Shown in pieces: positions 53,184-54,602 of a DNA stretch of 54,602 bases. The DNA comes from an uncultured Acidobacteriota bacterium. GTDB taxonomy: Bacteria; Acidobacteriota; Vicinamibacteria; Vicinamibacterales; UBA2999. Below the pieces are notes generated by a model. The model was given only the letters and a program-made list of their open reading frames with translations. It was not told the origin of the DNA and made no database searches. Positions within the stretch are counted from its first letter, which is position 1; the number at the start of each line of letters is the position of its first letter. A program made the position numbers and the translations under genes. Where the stretch lies: contig CAVSPI010000003.1 in the NCBI GenBank assembly GCA_963729975.1, positions 1 through 54,602 of the forward strand. The letters are read 5' to 3'.

Positions 53184-54488
53184 ATGGCGACCCCGAGTCG
53201 GACCTCGACCTCGATATCGAGAGACCCGCCGCCGGCGGGCGGATGCTGGCCCGCGCCGACGGCCGGTCGTGCTCGTCTCCGGCACCATTCCCGGCGAACA
53301 AGTACGGGCACGCGTCGAACGGGTCGCCAAGGGGGTGATCTACGCCGAGGCCGTCGAGGTGCTGGTGCCCTCGTCCGATCGCCGCGCTGCGGCGACGGCC
53401 GCTGCGGTGGCAACGTCTTCGCGCACATCGACGTATCCGCGCCAGCTGGCCTGAAGGGCGAGATCATCGCCGACGCGTTTCGCCGCATCGGCCGTCTGCC
53501 GCTGCCGACACCGCCGCTGGTCGTCCGTCGCCGGAGCACGGCTACCGGATGCGCGCGCGGCTGCACGTCCAGGGCGGACGCATCGGCTTCTTCGCGAGGG
53601 CAGCATCACTTCTGCGATGCCGCTGCGACGCAGCAGCTGTTGCCCGATGCCGTGCGCCTGGATTGCCGCGGCGCAGGCGGTGCTGCAGCACGAGCGGCTC
53701 GACCAGGTCGCCTCGATCGATCTCGCCGAGAACGTCGCCGGCGACAGCCGCGCCTGTCACATCGACACGACGTCGCGCACACGGATCGAGGCCTATGCGG
53801 CGCTGGCAGGACCAGCGGACTCACCGGCCTGACGCTGACGGCCACCGGCAGCCCGCGCGTCCAGCGTCTCGGCGGCATGCCGTTCGTGACCGACGTGATC
53901 CGCGCCCGCGAGGACGAGCCCGGCAGCGACCTCGTGCTGCGCCGCGACGTGCGTTCGTTCTTTCAGGGCAACCGGTTCCTGCTCGAGGAGCTCGTGCGCC
54001 ATGTCGTCGAGCGCGTCGGCGACGGCCCGGTGATCGACCTCTACGCTGGCGTCGGCCTGTTCGGTCTGGCCGTCGCGGCCGCCGGCGCCGACGAGGCGGT
54101 CACGCTGGTCGAAGGCGATCCGGTGAGCAGCGCCGATCTCGCCGCCAACGCCGAGCCGCTGGCCGGGCGCGTCGCGATCCGCTCGCAGAGCGTCGAGCAG
54201 TTCCTGCGCGAGGCGGCCGGCGGCCGCGGCGCTGAAGGCTCAGCGCTGCTGGCCGACGCTACCGTCATCGTCGACCCGCCGCGCACCGGCCTGTCCGGCG
54301 ATGCCGCAGCCCTGCTGGCCAGGCTCGGCGCCCAGACCATCGTCTATGTCTCGTGCGACCCCGCCACCCTGGCCCGCGATGCCCGCGTCCTGCACGAATC
54401 CGGCTACGCGCTCGAAGAGATCACCGGCTTCGACCTTTTTCCCAACACCGCCCACATCGAAACCGTCGTCACGTTTCAGCGCGGCTAG
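53184..54488 (+). CDS. rlmD: TRAM-domain 23S rRNA (uracil-5)-methyltransferase (RlmD/TrmA family)
   Basis: SFFQGN, IDLYAGVGLF, VIVDPPRTG, YVSCDPATLARD, DLFPNTAHIE. Confidence 0.9.
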   Translation: MATPSRTSTSISRDPPPAGGCWPAPTAGRARLRHHSRRTSTGTRRTGRQGGDLRRGRRGAGALVRSPRCGDGRCGGNVFAHIDVSAPAGLKGEIIADAFRRIGRLPLPTPPLVVRRRSTATGCARGCTSRADASASSRGQHHFCDAAATQQLLPDAVRLDCRGAGGAAARAARPGRLDRSRRERRRRQPRLSHRHDVAHTDRGLCGAGRTSGLTGLTLTATGSPRVQRLGGMPFVTDVIRAREDEPGSDLVLRRDVRSFFQGNRFLLEELVRHVVERVGDGPVIDLYAGVGLFGLAVAAAGADEAVTLVEGDPVSSADLAANAEPLAGRVAIRSQSVEQFLREAAGGRGAEGSALLADATVIVDPPRTGLSGDAAALLARLGAQTIVYVSCDPATLARDARVLHESGYALEEITGFDLFPNTAHIETVVTFQRG

Positions 54489-54489
54489 C

Positions 54490-54602
54490 GAAATTAAGAA
54501 TTCAGAAGTCACAAGGCAAGACCCAGGAGCAACACGCCGACCGTCCGAAGAGTGTTGGCGGTTCGCTGAGACCGCCGATGCTCTCCGTAGCGCGTGGGGC
54601 TT
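54490..54602. repeat. Heptamer remnant and start of a REP at the window end
   Basis: aaattaagaattcagaagtcaca; cgtagcgcgtggggctt at 54586-54602. Confidence 0.6.

Overview
This is a very GC-rich bacterial chromosomal segment. It is most likely from Acidobacteriota (Vicinamibacterales-like), inferred from the acidobacterial VWA protein, the BACON-repeat protein and the overall gene content. Nearly every gene, including essential ones (rpsA, valS, trpS, efp, cmk), is split by single-base indels. I read these as long-read or assembly error, so CDS coordinates are stitched across frames and some ends are approximate. About 50 genes are present, mostly housekeeping: DNA repair (UdgX fragment, uvrA, AAG/Mpg, Ku, uvrC), leuCD-LysR-leuA, mscS-htrA-hsp20, efp-tdk, site-2 protease-trpS-scpAB, rluB, cmk, rpsA-IHF/HU-HIT, acyl-CoA dehydrogenases, gdh, methylmalonyl-CoA mutase, a RomR-like response regulator, valS-nadC-birA and rlmD. 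I found no rRNA, tRNA, CRISPR array, transposase or integrase. The best candidate for an undescribed system is the cassette at 27979-31721: a secreted BACON-repeat protein with a Cys-rich tip (CWGNCGAGC...CEEHDETC, PLA2-like), coupled to a DsbA-type oxidase and a small membrane protein, inside a segment that appears inverted relative to the usual scpB-rluB-cmk order. Other notable signals are GTAG-type REP/REPIN palindromes that supply several stop codons, two heptamer tandem-repeat families, many leaderless-type -10/start arrangements, a structured rpsA leader, a histone-H1-like DUF6335 protein and a probably non-catalytic acyl-CoA dehydrogenase.
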